Shown here: positions 51,126 to 60,851 of the stretch, one piece after another
Position numbering within the stretch: position 1 is the first letter of the stretch
Layout: every line of letters begins with the position of its first letter
Assembly (NCBI GenBank): GCA_947063855.1
Contig: CAMSTW010000004.1
Location: 6,677-70,676, forward strand
Length of the DNA stretch: 64,000 nucleotides
Direction: 5' to 3'
Source of the DNA: an uncultured Dorea sp.
GTDB lineage: Bacteria; Bacillota; Clostridia; Lachnospirales; Lachnospiraceae
The notes under the pieces: model-generated
The model's database searches: none
Seen by the model: only the letters and a program-made list of their open reading frames with translations
Told to the model about the DNA's origin: nothing
Program-made: the position numbers and the translations under genes

Positions 51126-53840
51126 CTATCTATGCCATTTCTCCATTCTTAATAGTCCCCCATCCTCCACCTCCACGATAATCGCCCCATTTTCCTGTGT
51201 AGAATAAACCTTGCTGCCAACATCTGTTAATCTTTCTAGTGTTTCCTGATGCGGATGCCCATACCGATTCTCCTGTCCTGCGGAAACTAACGCATACGTA
51301 GGCTGAACCAGCCGGAGAAATTCTTCAGTTGATGAATTCTTTGAACCATGATGCGCCACTTTAAGGATCTCCCACATACAATCCTGATAGCTTGCCTCCA
51401 ACCGTTTTGTTAGCTGCTTTTCTCCTTCTCCTTCTGTATCCCCAGTCAACAGCATATCAAACTGCCCGTACCGCACAGCCAATACCATAGATGACCCGTT
51501 ACCCGGTTCCAGTTTCGCGGTCACAGGAATTATACTGCCTGTCTCTGGCACAGTATTTTCTTGCCGTGACCCGGCATCCTCTGATTTTATTCCCGTATTC
51601 CCCGGCTGTATACACGTAACTGCCATTTCCCCTTCCCGGATACTCTGTCCAGCTTCTATCACAACTACACGGATCCCATAATCCCTTGCTTTCTTTGCCA
51701 GCCCCGTCAAAGCTTCATCCCACACCTCCTGCACCGGCAACACCAGCGTCCGGATCTTCACACCGATATCCTGTCTCTCAATCAGCTCTTCCACACCGTT
51801 CATATGATCACTGTCGCCATGGGAAATCAGCACATAATCAAGCGTTCCGACTCCCTGGGATTTTAAGAATGATTCCAGCCTGTACTGCCCAACTTTCTTC
51901 ACATCACTGCTTCCGCCATCCACCAGATAGGTGCCGCCCTCCGGTCCTTTCATGAAGATCCCATCTCCCTGCCCCACATCCAAGATCGCTGTCGTAAGCT
52001 TTCCTGACTCTCCAAAACGAGTCATTAAAATCATAACTCCCACTGCCCACAGAAAAACCACAGGCCACTCTTTCCACGCACTCCTGCCCGTTTTTTCACT
52101 CTTTCTGTTATTAAAACTGATGGATTTATCCGCTCTGTCAGATTGTTTGGATCTCCAATCCTTTCCATACCTCTGATAGCCTTGACTTCTTTCCTCCTCT
52201 TCTTTATCCTGCTCCTTCATTGATGCGATATACCTCAGCAGAATCAGTCCCAAAAACAAAATCCCATAATATACCACAATCTGCCATATCTCAGGCCTTC
52301 CAATCACAAGCCTCGCTCCCGGCAAATGAAGTGTTATCTCACAGCTCATCTTATAAATCCACAAAATTTTACTGCATATCCAAAACAATAATGCAGATAC
52401 AGGAACAAGCCACATCGCAAACAGGCTTCCTGTCATTCCCAAAAATAACAGTACTGACATCAACGGGATTACAAAGAGATTTAGAATAAAAGAATAAAGC
52501 GGAAATTCAAAGAAATAATAAAGCAAAATCGGAAGGATGACCAGATTGATGCCGACACTGGCTGTCAATCCCTGGATAATTATTTGCCATACATGTCCCC
52601 AGACTCCCATCAGATACTCGGACAGAAAACCATCTTTCCTATTCTGCCCTGGACAACTCTGCGTCTCTCCTTTCCTATTCTGCCCTTGGCAACTCTGCGT
52701 CTCTCCTTTCCTATTCTGCCCTTGGCAACTCTGCGTCCCTTCCTTCCTATTATCTGGCATCTGCACCGGACCGCTATGCAAAACATTTGTACTACATGAT
52801 GCATATACAGATATATCATCTTGTACAATCACCTTTGTCTTCATCTTGATCTTCTGTCTGTTACTGCGCAATATATGTACGGATATGCTTTCCTGCACCA
52901 CCGGCACCACAGAAAGAATCGCCAGAACTGCCCCAAAAGACAACCAGAACCCACCGTCATACAGACTGAGCGGCCGCCACAACAGCACTACAACCGCCGC
53001 CGCAGAAAGCGCCGTCGGCGCGTCATAATGCCTCCCCGCAATATCCGCTCCCACACGGAACAGAAACATCACCAGCGCCCGTACCGCAGATACCGTAAAC
53101 CCAATCATAAGAATATACAGCATCAGAAATAAGATGCCAAACACCCCGCCAACCGGATAAGACCCTGTAACTCTCCGCAATATCTTATACATCCCAATCC
53201 CAATAAAGGACAGATGCAGCCCCGAGATCGCCAATACATGCCCGATCCCATTCACCTGATACAGCGTCTTAAGTTCCGAATCCATCCCGCTCTTCTCTCC
53301 CAGCAACATCGCCCCCATGGCCGCTCCGTCTTCCTCACCCAGAGCATCCTTTAAGACTTCTCCCCAATACCTCCTAAGGGCTGCAAGCCGGTCTCTCCAT
53401 CTCCATATGCCCGCGTCTGCAATACGAATCTCCTCTCCCCACATCATGCCATGAATATCCTGGATCTGATAATACCGTTTCTGATCAAAATTCCCCGGAT
53501 TCCTTGCATCCTGATAAAAAGACACCTCTCCCCTGGCCTCTACCTTGTTACCTATATGAAATTGTTCTTCGGAATCTGTATATAAGATGATCTTAGATTC
53601 TTGAAATATATCTTCCTGATATTGAATAGAATTGCTGCACAGATATAATGTCTGATAGTCTGACCCGGTCTCCGCGCGGTATATCTGTCCACAAATCATC
53701 ACAGAACCGCCCGGAGGCACATTTTTCTCAAGGGGCGAAGGACGAAGTTCTCTTATGTACTTCTCCCCGCCGCACACCACAGACAGCGTAACTGCTGTCA
53801 ATATGACCAGACACAGACTCAATAACGGTCTGTTTCTCAT
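51126..53840 (-). CDS. comEC: DNA internalization competence protein ComEC/Rec2
   Basis: RNPGNFD, HVLAISGLH, GFWLSF, LDVGQGD, SHGDSDH, LKVAHHGS, N.YGHP. Confidence 0.92.
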   Translation of the reverse strand: MRNRPLLSLCLVILTAVTLSVVCGGEKYIRELRPSPLEKNVPPGGSVMICGQIYRAETGSDYQTLYLCSNSIQYQEDIFQESKIILYTDSEEQFHIGNKVEARGEVSFYQDARNPGNFDQKRYYQIQDIHGMMWGEEIRIADAGIWRWRDRLAALRRYWGEVLKDALGEEDGAAMGAMLLGEKSGMDSELKTLYQVNGIGHVLAISGLHLSFIGIGMYKILRRVTGSYPVGGVFGILFLMLYILMIGFTVSAVRALVMFLFRVGADIAGRHYDAPTALSAAAVVVLLWRPLSLYDGGFWLSFGAVLAILSVVPVVQESISVHILRSNRQKIKMKTKVIVQDDISVYASCSTNVLHSGPVQMPDNRKEGTQSCQGQNRKGETQSCQGQNRKGETQSCPGQNRKDGFLSEYLMGVWGHVWQIIIQGLTASVGINLVILPILLYYFFEFPLYSFILNLFVIPLMSVLLFLGMTGSLFAMWLVPVSALLFWICSKILWIYKMSCEITLHLPGARLVIGRPEIWQIVVYYGILFLGLILLRYIASMKEQDKEEEERSQGYQRYGKDWRSKQSDRADKSISFNNRKSEKTGRSAWKEWPVVFLWAVGVMILMTRFGESGKLTTAILDVGQGDGIFMKGPEGGTYLVDGGSSDVKKVGQYRLESFLKSQGVGTLDYVLISHGDSDHMNGVEELIERQDIGVKIRTLVLPVQEVWDEALTGLAKKARDYGIRVVVIEAGQSIREGEMAVTCIQPGNTGIKSEDAGSRQENTVPETGSIIPVTAKLEPGNGSSMVLAVRYGQFDMLLTGDTEGEGEKQLTKRLEASYQDCMWEILKVAHHGSKNSSTEEFLRLVQPTYALVSAGQENRYGHPHQETLERLTDVGSKVYSTQENGAIIVEVEDGGLLRMEKWHR
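52634..52751. repeat. In-frame 36-bp tandem repeat x ~3.2 inside comEC
   Basis: Encodes NRK(E/G)(G/E)TQSC(Q/P)GQ repeated three times. Confidence 0.9.
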
Positions 53841-54781
53841 TTCCCACTCTCCTCTACAAGATCCAGATCTCTCGACAACGGCTTACTTAAGTCAACACTT
53901 CCCATATACTCTATATTAGAATCGCCGTTCACCGATATCTGAACCTGGCTGCACGTCCCTCCGTCAATAATGGAATTCACGATTGCATAGACCGTAACTT
54001 TCGGGTCGCCGGCAAAGGGATTGTTCAGAAATCCTTCATCCAGATTCACATAACACACCGTATCCTTCACAGACACGCCGATCACCTTCGTCTCCGGCGG
54101 CAGCACCGGATGAAGTCCATTCATCGAAGGGCCTTTGATCAGCTGATCCACGATCAGCCGCTCTATTGACATATTGTTACTATAGCGGACGCTTACCTCC
54201 TCCCGCAAAAGCCGGCTCCCTTCTCCATTGGAGAAATACAGCTTAACCTTTCCCAGCTGGTAGAGATGAAGAGACGATCCTCTGTATTGCAGAAAATCAT
54301 CCTCACTCATATATCCGATCGTCTCCCCCGCACTGTCTGTCAGCGGTGCATCTCCTATAAAGAAATCAATATACTCGATCCCCCTGATCTGCGCGAGCGT
54401 CTGTACAACTGCAGCTCTAAGCAGCAGCTCCTCCGAAGGCTTCAGACGTCCATATTCCTCATTGAAATGGATATCCAGTATTGCTTCATCTGTCAGCGTC
54501 CAGTCCTCAACCTGAACCTTCTTAGGGAACACACTCTTATAATCAATCGAATCCGGCTCTTTCTTCATCTCACGGAGAACATCCCCGACAGCCTCTTTCG
54601 TACGGTCCTTCTCAAACTTGTACACTTCTTTTACCAGAGCCGTACCTTCTGTATTCAGATAATAGACAAACGTATCATTCTTCCCGGGTTCCTTTCCTTT
54701 GCTGCACCCGGCCAGAAGCCCAACACATATTCCCATTAAGGCAATACACAACGTCATATATATCTTCCTGTTTTGTAACAT
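53837..54781 (-). CDS. GerMN-domain lipoprotein
   Basis: Lipobox LAGC; two GerMN-like repeats (AAVVQTL, YAIVNSI); GGAGGT RBS; ATGA overlap with comEC. Confidence 0.8.
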   Translation of the reverse strand: MLQNRKIYMTLCIALMGICVGLLAGCSKGKEPGKNDTFVYYLNTEGTALVKEVYKFEKDRTKEAVGDVLREMKKEPDSIDYKSVFPKKVQVEDWTLTDEAILDIHFNEEYGRLKPSEELLLRAAVVQTLAQIRGIEYIDFFIGDAPLTDSAGETIGYMSEDDFLQYRGSSLHLYQLGKVKLYFSNGEGSRLLREEVSVRYSNNMSIERLIVDQLIKGPSMNGLHPVLPPETKVIGVSVKDTVCYVNLDEGFLNNPFAGDPKVTVYAIVNSIIDGGTCSQVQISVNGDSNIEYMGSVDLSKPLSRDLDLVEESGK

Positions 54782-54939
54782 AGTTCTACACCTCCGGGCC
54801 GTTCTTATCCCCTGAATTCCCTCTGATATCTGCTGTCTGTTCCCCGATGCAATTGTCCGGTCCAATCATCGCCAAGTGCCAGCCGAAACAAAGGATACAT
54901 ATCCTGCGGAGTTTCGCCAGATATAATGCAGACAGTACA

Positions 54940-56433
54940 CTAGGACACATACGTCAGCGGAATACGGACTGTAAATGTAGTCCCGGCTCCAACCTGACTA
55001 TAGACCCGGATCGCCCCTCTGTGCATAACGACCGCACTTCTGGCGATGGCAAGTCCAAGCCCTGTTCCGCCTATCTCCCGGGAATGTGACTTGTCCACAC
55101 GGTAGAACCGTTCGAAGACATGCTCCACAGACTCTTCCGGAATCCCGATTCCAGAATCCGCCACCTCAATATAGCAGTTCTTATGATCCGCATTCAGCGA
55201 GACATGGATCCATCCGGCTTCCTTGTTATACTTGATCGCATTCTCCACCAGATTCGAGATGGCAAGCGACAGCTTGACCTCGTCCACCTCAGCCGTCACG
55301 GGACGAAAACTCTCGAACACCACTTCTATGTTGCGTGTCGCGGCGATTGGCCGGAGACGCTTCAATATCTTCTCGATCAGTACATTCATGTTCTCGGACT
55401 TGATATTCAGCGTATTCGCAGTCTTGTCCATCTTGACCAGAGACAGCAGGTCATTGATGATCTTGTTCTCTCTCTCAATCTCTTCTGACAGATCTCCCAT
55501 GAATTCCTTATACAGCTCTGCCGGTACATCCTCCTGGATCAGCAGAGAATCCGCCAGCACCTTCATGGATGTAAGCGGCGTCTTCAGTTCATGGGACACG
55601 TTCGATACGAACTCATTCCTGGAATCATCCAATATCTTCATCCTGCCCAGCATCTTGTTAAATGCATCCGAGATCAGCATCGTCTCCGTGTAAACATTCT
55701 CATGCAGATAATCGTCCTCATATCCTTCCGTCACTGCTTCGATCGACCGCGTAATCCTCTGAAAAGGCCTTACCATAATAAATCCGGCAAGAAATGCCAG
55801 TATGATAATCACCATACCAATCGTCAGGCACATAACCATGAGTCTGTCGCTCATCACATCAATACTGTCGATGATCGTATCCGTTGACACACTGATCAGC
55901 ATGACTCCCGTCGTCTTCTCCGTGCTCCTATTATATATCGGAGAAGTAACTTCAATGTACTTATTCTTCGCATCATAATTACTGGTGCCCTTTCCCTTAA
56001 AGCACCGGATCACATCCTCAGATACGATAGTCCTGCCCATATCCATATCATATGTATCTTCCTGTATACGGAAATCTTGATCTATTACCAGAACCCGTCC
56101 GTTATAGATATTGGACATCTGGACCAGCTCTGATCTCATCACTTCAGACGTCTCACCAGTCAGGTAATTCGCATCACTCAGCTGGTTGCAAAGAATTGTA
56201 CACTGATTCTGTATCTCCGCAGTCCTTACCTCCACCGCTCTCTTCTCATAACTGCTTAAGATGACTCCCCGCAGAATGAGTACCGGAATCACTCCTGCCA
56301 GAATGACCAGCAGGATGATCCGGACCCGGAGACTCTTAAGAATATTCCATTTCAGATACTTCCTAACCCCTGAAATAATAACCAACTCCCCATTTTGTAT
56401 AGACGTATTTCGGATCGCTTGGATTCGTCTCAA
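54940..56433 (-). CDS. HAMP-type sensor histidine kinase (start uncertain)
   Basis: Two TMs, FVSNVSHELKTPL, NLVENAIKY, DSGIGI, FYRVDK, GGTGLGL. Confidence 0.9.
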   Translation of the reverse strand: MRRIQAIRNTSIQNGELVIISGVRKYLKWNILKSLRVRIILLVILAGVIPVLILRGVILSSYEKRAVEVRTAEIQNQCTILCNQLSDANYLTGETSEVMRSELVQMSNIYNGRVLVIDQDFRIQEDTYDMDMGRTIVSEDVIRCFKGKGTSNYDAKNKYIEVTSPIYNRSTEKTTGVMLISVSTDTIIDSIDVMSDRLMVMCLTIGMVIIILAFLAGFIMVRPFQRITRSIEAVTEGYEDDYLHENVYTETMLISDAFNKMLGRMKILDDSRNEFVSNVSHELKTPLTSMKVLADSLLIQEDVPAELYKEFMGDLSEEIERENKIINDLLSLVKMDKTANTLNIKSENMNVLIEKILKRLRPIAATRNIEVVFESFRPVTAEVDEVKLSLAISNLVENAIKYNKEAGWIHVSLNADHKNCYIEVADSGIGIPEESVEHVFERFYRVDKSHSREIGGTGLGLAIARSAVVMHRGAIRVYSQVGAGTTFTVRIPLTYVS

Positions 56434-57052
56434 TCTTTTCTCTTAACCGCCGGATATGTACATCTACCGTTCTGGCATCGCCGGGATACTCATATCCCCA
56501 CACGATATTCAGCAGATTCTCCCGGCTGTAGACCTTGTTGGGATTCATGGCAAGCAATTCTAAGAGGTCGAATTCCTTCGCAGTCAGGTTCACTTCCTTC
56601 TCGTCTATGACAACACGACGACTCTCGCAGTCAATCCTCATGCTGCCCTTGACAATCATCTTATCATTCGCCTGACTTAAGTTGCGCTTACCGGTCCGGC
56701 GCATGATCGCCTTGATCCGCGCCTTCACCTCAAGGATATTGAATGGCTTCGTTATGTAATCATCCGCTCCGTATTCCAGTCCGAGGATCTTATCCATGTC
56801 GTCATTCCTGGCCGTCAGCATCACCACCGGGACGTCGGAAAACTCCCGGATCTGCTGGCACACTTCGAACCCGTCATGCTTTGGTAGCATGATATCCAGA
56901 AGAATCATATCGTATGCATTCTCCTTCGCCAGCTTAAGCGCTTCTTCGCCGTCATATGCACAGTCAACCTTCATACCGTCCTGTTCCAGGCTGAAACGGA
57001 TTCCCTTCACGATTAATTTCTCGTCATCAACAACCAATACCCTTCTGCTCAT
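56363..57052 (-). CDS. OmpR/PhoB-family response regulator
   Basis: VLVVDDE, LLDIMLP, GADDYITKPF, RTVDVHIRRLR, WGVGY. Confidence 0.93.
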   Translation of the reverse strand: MSRRVLVVDDEKLIVKGIRFSLEQDGMKVDCAYDGEEALKLAKENAYDMILLDIMLPKHDGFEVCQQIREFSDVPVVMLTARNDDMDKILGLEYGADDYITKPFNILEVKARIKAIMRRTGKRNLSQANDKMIVKGSMRIDCESRRVVIDEKEVNLTAKEFDLLELLAMNPNKVYSRENLLNIVWGYEYPGDARTVDVHIRRLREKIETNPSDPKYVYTKWGVGYYFRG

Positions 57053-57081
57053 CTACTCTCTCCTCAACTCTTATCATCAAG

Positions 57082-58032
57082 TTATATCTTGATCTGGTCT
57101 TTGACTTTATTAAATACGCCTTCCTTAATCCCTTCGACTTCCATCAGTTCTTCAATCTTACGGAAGCCGCCGTGTTCTTCCCTGTAACGGATAATCGACG
57201 CAGCCTTTGCCTCACCGATCCCGTTCAGTGTCATCAATTGTTCTTTAGACGCCGTATTCAGGCTGATCTTCCCGTCATCTGCTGTCTGCCCGGCGGGCAT
57301 ACCCATGCCGCCGGCATCGTCCGGACCGTCAGCATGATCCGGGAATCTTCCCGCGGCTTCCTCCCTGGAGGGAACATAGATCTGCTGCCCGTCCCGGGCC
57401 TGGGCCGCCTGGTTCAGCCACTCTCCGGCCGCATTCTCACGGAGACCTCCCGCCGCGGCTACAGCCTCATACAGCCTGCTTCCTGCCGGGAGTCCATACA
57501 CGCCCGGACTGACAACCTCACCGCAGACATGTACATAGATTATGCCCCCGGATCCAGCATCTTCCGTCCCGGCAGTTCCATTCTCCCAGAATCCGGATTC
57601 AGAATCTGCGGTCCTGCCATCTCCTGACTCACCATCCCCCGAATCCGGGAATCCGGATTCCCCGGCCTCCTCCTTCGTTTCCTTATCTGATTCCTCTTCT
57701 GTCTCTTCACCGGACTTATCTTCCGTCACTTCCACAAGCTTGCTGCTCTGCTCCTCCTGCCTTGCGGCACAGCCGCAGACGATCATAAGCAGCGCCGTAA
57801 TCACCATTATCCGCATGATCCCTGCCGCCACAGCAAACTTCTTCTCCGATACGCCATACTGCTTCTCTGATACGCCATACTCCTTTTCCGATACAGCATA
57901 CTTCTTCTTCGATACGGCATACTCCTTTTCCGATACGCCATACTCCTTTTCTGATACAGCATACTTCTTCTCTGACACGCCATCCCACATCTCTGACACG
58001 CCATATGTCTTCTCTGGCATCTTATTACGCAT
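57082..58032 (-). CDS. comEA: ComEA-family DNA-binding protein (SLBB + helix-hairpin-helix)
   Basis: YVHVCGEV..PGVY, I.LNTAS...L..LNGIG..KA..II.YR...G.F; AAAGGAG RBS before MRNK. Confidence 0.85.
   Translation of the reverse strand: MRNKMPEKTYGVSEMWDGVSEKKYAVSEKEYGVSEKEYAVSKKKYAVSEKEYGVSEKQYGVSEKKFAVAAGIMRIMVITALLMIVCGCAARQEEQSSKLVEVTEDKSGEETEEESDKETKEEAGESGFPDSGDGESGDGRTADSESGFWENGTAGTEDAGSGGIIYVHVCGEVVSPGVYGLPAGSRLYEAVAAAGGLRENAAGEWLNQAAQARDGQQIYVPSREEAAGRFPDHADGPDDAGGMGMPAGQTADDGKISLNTASKEQLMTLNGIGEAKAASIIRYREEHGGFRKIEELMEVEGIKEGVFNKVKDQIKI
57830..58016. repeat. In-frame 21-bp tandem repeat x ~8.5 at comEA N-terminus
   Basis: Encodes Y(G/A)VSEK(E/K) units with an apparent 63-bp higher-order period. 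Confidence 0.9.
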
Positions 58033-58124
58033 ATAACTCTCCTTTACAGTCTGTCGAAACTGTAAATACCCCATATATGCCCCATGCAATGACCCTAGCC
58101 ACTACATGTTCAATATCCATTGTA

Positions 58125-58556
58125 CTATTTCCATTGGAAAATTGCAACTCCAATCAACGCAATTCCCATACCGATTACTTTTCTCCACTCCAAAGGCTCC
58201 TTCTCCACTCCGAAGAGACCTATAAGCTCTATAACATATGCAACGATCAACTGTGCTATTACAATAAGAAGCGCCGCCTTTGCAGGTCCCAGCTGTTCCA
58301 TACTCTTAATGACTGTCAGCGTGATTCCCGCGCCGATCACTCCTCCAAGAAGCACGTATTTGGGCTCAACCTTTGCAAGCGTCATCACATCGTCCCGCCC
58401 CGCAATCAACCAGGCGGCCAGGCAGACTGCAAATGCCGTCAGCTGTACCCACGCATTGCTGACCCACATTCCCGTCGTCTTCGTTACCTGTGTATTGAAC
58501 ACGCCCTGCACGCTCATAAGCGCCCCCGACAAAAGTGCAATAAAAAAACCAATCAT
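58125..58556 (-). CDS. DMT family transporter (YdcZ-like)
   Basis: QGVFN, LGGVIGA, LGPAKA, AQL...IE..GLFG; about five TMs. Confidence 0.82.
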   Translation of the reverse strand: MIGFFIALLSGALMSVQGVFNTQVTKTTGMWVSNAWVQLTAFAVCLAAWLIAGRDDVMTLAKVEPKYVLLGGVIGAGITLTVIKSMEQLGPAKAALLIVIAQLIVAYVIELIGLFGVEKEPLEWRKVIGMGIALIGVAIFQWK

Positions 58557-58692
58557 TGAACAATCCTCCATATCATCTGCTATCCCGAAAATCTATTTCG
58601 TAACTAACAGGAACATGTTACCACTCACACGTCCTCTTTATGATATAGTATGTCCAATGACCGGCCTTTTATAATCACTTACTGCAATAACT

Positions 58693-59868
58693 TTAAAGCA
58701 CCCTTCTCAATATGTCAATCATCTCATCTACATGCCGTTCTTCAATAATAAGCGGCGGCACAAGCCTGATCACATTATCCCTCGCGCTGATAACCACAAG
58801 CCCTGCATCGAGCGCCCGGCTGATTACCTCTCCTGCCGGCTTCACAAGGCGGATCCCCTGTATCAGCCCGGTTCCCCGGCGCTCCATGATAGCATCACAC
58901 CCGGCCGCCAGTTCGTCAAGCTTCTCCGCCAGATAAGCTCCGACCTTACGCACATGTCCTGCGAGATCTTCCCTCTCGAAGATCTCCACGGTCTTCGCCA
59001 CCGCCGCACAGGCCAGCGGATTGCCACCATAGGTGGAACCGTGATCCCCCGGCTCCAGGGAGTACTCTGCCACTGCCTCCGTCATGGCAAACGCGCCTAC
59101 CGGAATCCCGCTTCCGATCGCCTTCGCCATCGCCATGATATCCGGCTTCACGCCGTAAGACTGCCATGCGAACATGGCTCCTGTCCGACCCATCCCGCAC
59201 TGGATCTCGTCGCAGATCATCAGAATCCCTTCCTCGTCACACAGCCTTCTTATCCCTTCCATGAATTCCTTCGACGCCTGATTGATGCCTCCTTCCCCCT
59301 GAAGTGGTTCCAGGATGACCGCACAGGTCTTATCCGTGATCTGTTCCTTCACGCTGTCAAGATTGTTAAATTCTGCAAATCTTACTCCCGGAAGCATCGG
59401 CTCAAAGGGCGTACGGTACGCCTCGCTTCCTGTCACAGACACCGCGCCGATGCTGCGGCCATGGAAAGAGTTCTCCATGGCGACAAATTCATACCGGCCG
59501 GTTCCCTTCTTAAAGGCATATTTCCTCGCCGCCTTCAGCGCGCCTTCGATCGCTTCCGTGCCGCTGTTGGTGAAAAACACCCTGTCCATATCCGTAATAC
59601 GTCTAAGCGCCCCCGCCGCCTTGCCGCAGGTCGTATTATAATAGAGATTCGAAGTATGCATAAGATGGTCAATCTGATCCTTCAATGTCTGGTTCAATTC
59701 CTGATTCCCATAGCCAAGTCCACACACCGCAATGCCCGCCGCAAAGTCCAGATACTTCTTCCCCTCTGTGTCATAGAGGTAGACGCCCTCGCCCCTTTCA
59801 AAAACAACCGGGAAACGGTTATATGTATGGACAAGACCTTTTTTCGTTTCTTCTATATACTGATTCAT
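58693..59868 (-). CDS. argD: Acetylornithine aminotransferase
   Basis: DFAAGIAV, NSGTEA.E, SFHGR, DEIQCGMGRTG, AKAIGSG; in arg cluster. Confidence 0.9.
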   Translation of the reverse strand: MNQYIEETKKGLVHTYNRFPVVFERGEGVYLYDTEGKKYLDFAAGIAVCGLGYGNQELNQTLKDQIDHLMHTSNLYYNTTCGKAAGALRRITDMDRVFFTNSGTEAIEGALKAARKYAFKKGTGRYEFVAMENSFHGRSIGAVSVTGSEAYRTPFEPMLPGVRFAEFNNLDSVKEQITDKTCAVILEPLQGEGGINQASKEFMEGIRRLCDEEGILMICDEIQCGMGRTGAMFAWQSYGVKPDIMAMAKAIGSGIPVGAFAMTEAVAEYSLEPGDHGSTYGGNPLACAAVAKTVEIFEREDLAGHVRKVGAYLAEKLDELAAGCDAIMERRGTGLIQGIRLVKPAGEVISRALDAGLVVISARDNVIRLVPPLIIEERHVDEMIDILRRVL

Positions 59869-59914
59869 TTCTTTTCTCCATAATATAGTTTCTCTCATTA
59901 CTTCTCGTTACAGA

Positions 59915-60814
59915 CTACTCGCCGTGATAGAACTTCTCTTCTGCGTCATTGAGCATCGCTGTCCCGATTCCCTTATTCGTAAAGATCTCAAGCAGCAGAC
60001 AGTGCGGAATCCTCCCGTCCAGGATATGCACTCTCGACACTCCATTCTCAATGGCGTCTATACAGTTCTGAAGCTTAGGCAGCATACCACCTCCGATATA
60101 CCCTTCCTCCATCAGAGCCTTCCCCTCTGACACACGCAGTTCTGATATCAGGGTGGAAGGATCCTTTGGGTCCTTATAGACTCCCTCGATATCTGTCAGG
60201 AATGCCAGCTTCTCCGCGTGCACCGCCCTTGCAATCGCACAGGCCGCGTCATCCGCATTGATATTATATGTGCAAAACTCATCATCCATTCCCACCGGAC
60301 ATACGATTGGCAGGAAATCCTTTTCCAGCAGGTCGTACAGGATATCTGCATTCACATCCCTGACCTCGCCGACAAACCCGATATCTTCACCGTCTGCGTA
60401 TTTCTTATCTACCTTCAGCAGAGCGCCGTCCTTGCCGCTGATTCCGATCGCGCGTACTCCCAGACTCTCCACCAGCTGTACCAGACCTTTGTTCACCTTG
60501 CCAAGCACCATCTCGGCAAGCTCCATGGTAGCCTCGTCCGTCACCCGCAGGCCATTGACGAATTCCGGCTCCATGCCGACCTTACCGACCCATTTGCTGA
60601 TCTCCTTGCCGCCCCCGTGGACAATGATCGGCTTAAATCCTACAAGCTTCAGAAGCGTTACATCCTGGATGACCTGTTCCTTAAGCTGTTCGTCCACCAT
60701 CGCGCTCCCGCCGTATTTTACTACAATAATCTTCCGGTTAAACCGCTGGATATAAGGGAGGGCTTCTATGAGCACCTCCGCCTTGTCCAGATATTTCTGC
60801 ATTGACTGATTCAT
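59915..60814 (-). CDS. argB: Acetylglutamate kinase
   Basis: [30 protein letters not shown]. Confidence 0.95.
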   Translation of the reverse strand: MNQSMQKYLDKAEVLIEALPYIQRFNRKIIVVKYGGSAMVDEQLKEQVIQDVTLLKLVGFKPIIVHGGGKEISKWVGKVGMEPEFVNGLRVTDEATMELAEMVLGKVNKGLVQLVESLGVRAIGISGKDGALLKVDKKYADGEDIGFVGEVRDVNADILYDLLEKDFLPIVCPVGMDDEFCTYNINADDAACAIARAVHAEKLAFLTDIEGVYKDPKDPSTLISELRVSEGKALMEEGYIGGGMLPKLQNCIDAIENGVSRVHILDGRIPHCLLLEIFTNKGIGTAMLNDAEEKFYHGE

Positions 60815-60851
60815 GACCGCCGACTCCTTTACATGCTTTCTATAATACTAA

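Noticed and set aside
57830-58016. CRISPR or iteron interpretation of the 21-bp repeats
   Set aside because: No spacers and no rep gene; the repeats are contiguous and in frame with comEA
58732-59883. 383-aa plus-strand ORF and similar long antisense ORFs (e.g. 25876..26784, 40866..41741)
   Set aside because: They lie wholly opposite well-supported genes; typical codon-bias shadows
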